Assembly: GCF_003334765.1 (NCBI RefSeq)
Contig: NZ_QOWT01000115.1
Direction: 5' to 3' (one strand)
DNA from: Escherichia coli
Lineage (GTDB): Bacteria > Pseudomonadota > Gammaproteobacteria > Enterobacterales > Enterobacteriaceae
DNA length: 529 nt
The notes beneath the pieces were generated by a model. That model saw only the letters and a list, made by a program, of their open reading frames with translations, was not told the DNA's origin and ran no database searches. The translations under genes and the position numbers were made by a program. Of the stretch, positions 1 to 529 are shown piece after piece; the stretch's first letter is position 1, and every line of letters starts with the position of its first letter.

Positions 1-10
1 ATCCCGCCAT
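1..10 (-). CDS. Probable 5' end of a downstream minus-strand gene running off the left edge (only M-A-G visible)
   Basis: Minus strand reads GAGGGA (complement of 18-23), 7 nt, then ATG (complement of 8-10), starting 21 nt after the TAA of the 95-aa ORF. This is typical operon spacing. Only three codons are visible, so the product cannot be assessed. Confidence 0.35.
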
Positions 11-17
11 CTGCGAA

Positions 18-23
18 TCCCTC
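18..23 (-). promoter_or_regulatory. Candidate Shine-Dalgarno (GAGGGA) for the downstream minus-strand gene
   Basis: Plus tccctc at 18-23 is GAGGGA on the minus strand, 7 nt upstream of the ATG at 10-8. Confidence 0.35.
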
Positions 24-31
24 AATATTTC

Positions 32-319
32 TTATTGCATCCCCCTGTGAAGATAATAATTGTCGCCCGGCATCCACACCACGTCCGTCATCCCAGCCAC
101 GAATAAATTCACCGCGTAAAGTCGCACTCGAAGAGCATCAGCCAACTGTTTCCTGATTTTTTCAGGTAACTCGTCGGCATCGCAGAAACAACAACGCTCG
201 ATCATGTTGAAAGCCGATTCGTAGAACTGTTTTTGCTGAGTGTCGCTGAGACAGGAAAAGAGCGACGTTACGATGATTTTATTAATTGCATTATCAAGTT
301 CTTTTTCATCAAAAGTCAT
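32..319 (-). CDS. Complete ORF encoding a 95-aa hypothetical small protein (MTFDEKELDNAINKII...WMPGDNYYLHRGMQ); function unknown
   Basis: ATG is the complement of 317-319 and TAA the complement of 32-34. An in-frame stop lies immediately upstream (complement of 332-334), so ATG is the first possible start. AGGAAA Shine-Dalgarno (complement of 326-331) sits 6 nt before the ATG. The translation has mixed, protein-like composition with an acidic N-terminus and four Cys (C-x19-CC-x-C). I do not recognise the family. Confidence 0.7.
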   Translation of the reverse strand: MTFDEKELDNAINKIIVTSLFSCLSDTQQKQFYESAFNMIERCCFCDADELPEKIRKQLADALRVRLYAVNLFVAGMTDVVWMPGDNYYLHRGMQ

Positions 320-431
320 TTGATTTTCCTTTTATGTATACGGGCTTAAAAGGATACCACCGAGCCTGAAGTGGTGAAAAGACAGGCACATAACAGCTAA
401 GTATTTTCAACCAGAGAGAATCCTTAGCGTT
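320..431. promoter_or_regulatory. AT-rich divergent intergenic / promoter region between the minus-strand small-protein operon and the candidate plus-strand gene
   Basis: About 40% GC (hand count over 320-420) against about 60% GC for 421-529. The best plus-strand sigma70-like pair is AAGACA (379-384), a 17-bp spacer, then TATTTT (402-407), which is weak. I found no convincing -35/-10 pair for the minus-strand ORF. Confidence 0.35.
326..331 (-). promoter_or_regulatory. Shine-Dalgarno / ribosome-binding site (AGGAAA) for the 95-aa ORF
   Basis: Plus-strand tttcct at 326-331 reads AGGAAA on the minus strand, 6 nt upstream of the ATG at 319-317. Confidence 0.55.
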
Positions 432-529
432 GTGGTGAATGCGGCTCAGCGTACGCGGGTTAAGGTTGAGGCTGACAGTCGACCTTCTGTGGATACCCAC
501 CCGCCTGGTGTGCAACCTTCGCCAGGCAC
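432..529 (+). CDS. Candidate 5' end of a divergently transcribed gene, GTG start, continuing past the right edge; N-terminus (M)VNAAQRTRVKVEADSRPSVDTHPPGVQPSPG...
   Basis: This plus-strand frame has no stop from 378 to the window end. The first possible starts are GTG 432-434 and GTG 435-437; there is no in-frame ATG. G is enriched at codon position 1 (about 14 of 32 codons), and the amino-acid composition is diverse. The start coincides with the AT-rich to GC-rich transition near 430. Weaknesses: the only purine-rich SD-like run (AGAGAGAA, 413-420) is 11 nt from GTG 432, and rare Arg codons CGG and CGA are present. Confidence 0.3.
   Translation, partial: MVNAAQRTRVKVEADSRPSVDTHPPGVQPSPG

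Noticed and set aside
3-50. Possible C-terminus of a plus-strand gene entering from the left and ending at the TGA at 48-50
   Set aside because: It would overlap the 3' end of the minus-strand ORF convergently by 19 nt and conflicts with the SD plus ATG signal at 23-8 on the minus strand. With only 15 codons visible there is no supporting signal.
1-153. Plus-strand frame open from the left edge to the TGA at 154-156 (IPPSANPSIFLIASPCEDNNCRPASTPRPSSQ...)
   Set aside because: It is Pro/Ser-rich, has no start context, and lies entirely antisense to the well-supported minus-strand CDS. It is most likely an antisense shadow.
396-428. Inverted repeat GCTAAG (396-401) / CTTAGC (423-428) separated by 21 nt
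   Set aside because: A 6-bp stem with a 21-nt loop is thermodynamically weak and likely coincidental. It may merit testing as a regulator-binding dyad only if it proves conserved.
449-456. Perfect 8-bp palindrome GCGTACGC, and a GTCGAC palindrome at 478-483
   Set aside because: Short palindromes of this size are expected by chance in GC-rich sequence. They lie inside the candidate coding region and have no flanking half-site architecture to suggest an operator.
309-515. Listed 68-aa minus-strand ORF (MHTRRVGIHRRSTVSLNLNPRTL...), which is in fact open to the right window edge
   Set aside because: It begins at a TTG (complement of 513-515), not ATG. It is R/H/S-rich with very few G at codon position 1. 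It is the exact codon-register antisense of the better-supported plus-strand frame, a classic shadow ORF. It would also overlap the SD and start of the 95-aa ORF and run through the AT-rich promoter-like region.
503-527. Hairpin GCCTGG (503-508) / CCAGGC (522-527) with a 13-nt loop near the window edge
   Set aside because: It is only a 6-bp stem with a large loop, and the downstream context is cut off by the window end, so no U-tract can be assessed. It is not supportable as a terminator.
439-529. Alternative plus-strand frame starting at ATG 439 (MRLSVRGLRLRLTVDLLWIPTRLVCNLRQA...)
   Set aside because: The composition is dominated by Arg and Leu, typical of an off-frame read of GC-rich sequence. 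Position-1 G content is poor, and the only SD-like GGTGA directly abuts the ATG. The GTG-initiated frame is the better coding candidate.
336-529. Retron-like msr/msd ncRNA or other structured ncRNA (prompted by CCTTAGCG at 422-429 and the GC-rich stretch)
   Set aside because: I see no flanking a1/a2 inverted repeats, no long msd-type stem, and no reverse-transcriptase ORF in the window. The GC-rich stretch is better explained by the start of a protein-coding gene. Only a covariance-model search on extended sequence could settle it.

Overview
This 529-bp window looks like a divergent gene junction, and I cannot support a defined novel system from it. The one well-supported feature is a complete minus-strand ORF (32..319, 95 aa) with a good Shine-Dalgarno site, whose product I do not recognise. 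Its stop is followed 21 nt later by a second Shine-Dalgarno plus ATG (8..10) heading off the left edge, suggesting a two-gene minus-strand operon. Upstream lies an AT-rich stretch (320..~431, about 40% GC by hand count) that switches abruptly to GC-rich sequence (421..529, about 60% GC). That GC-rich part carries an open plus-strand frame with protein-like composition starting at GTG 432, which I call as a low-confidence divergent gene start. I found no tRNA, rRNA, CRISPR repeats, IS termini or intrinsic terminator. All values are hand counts from the sequence; no database search was possible.
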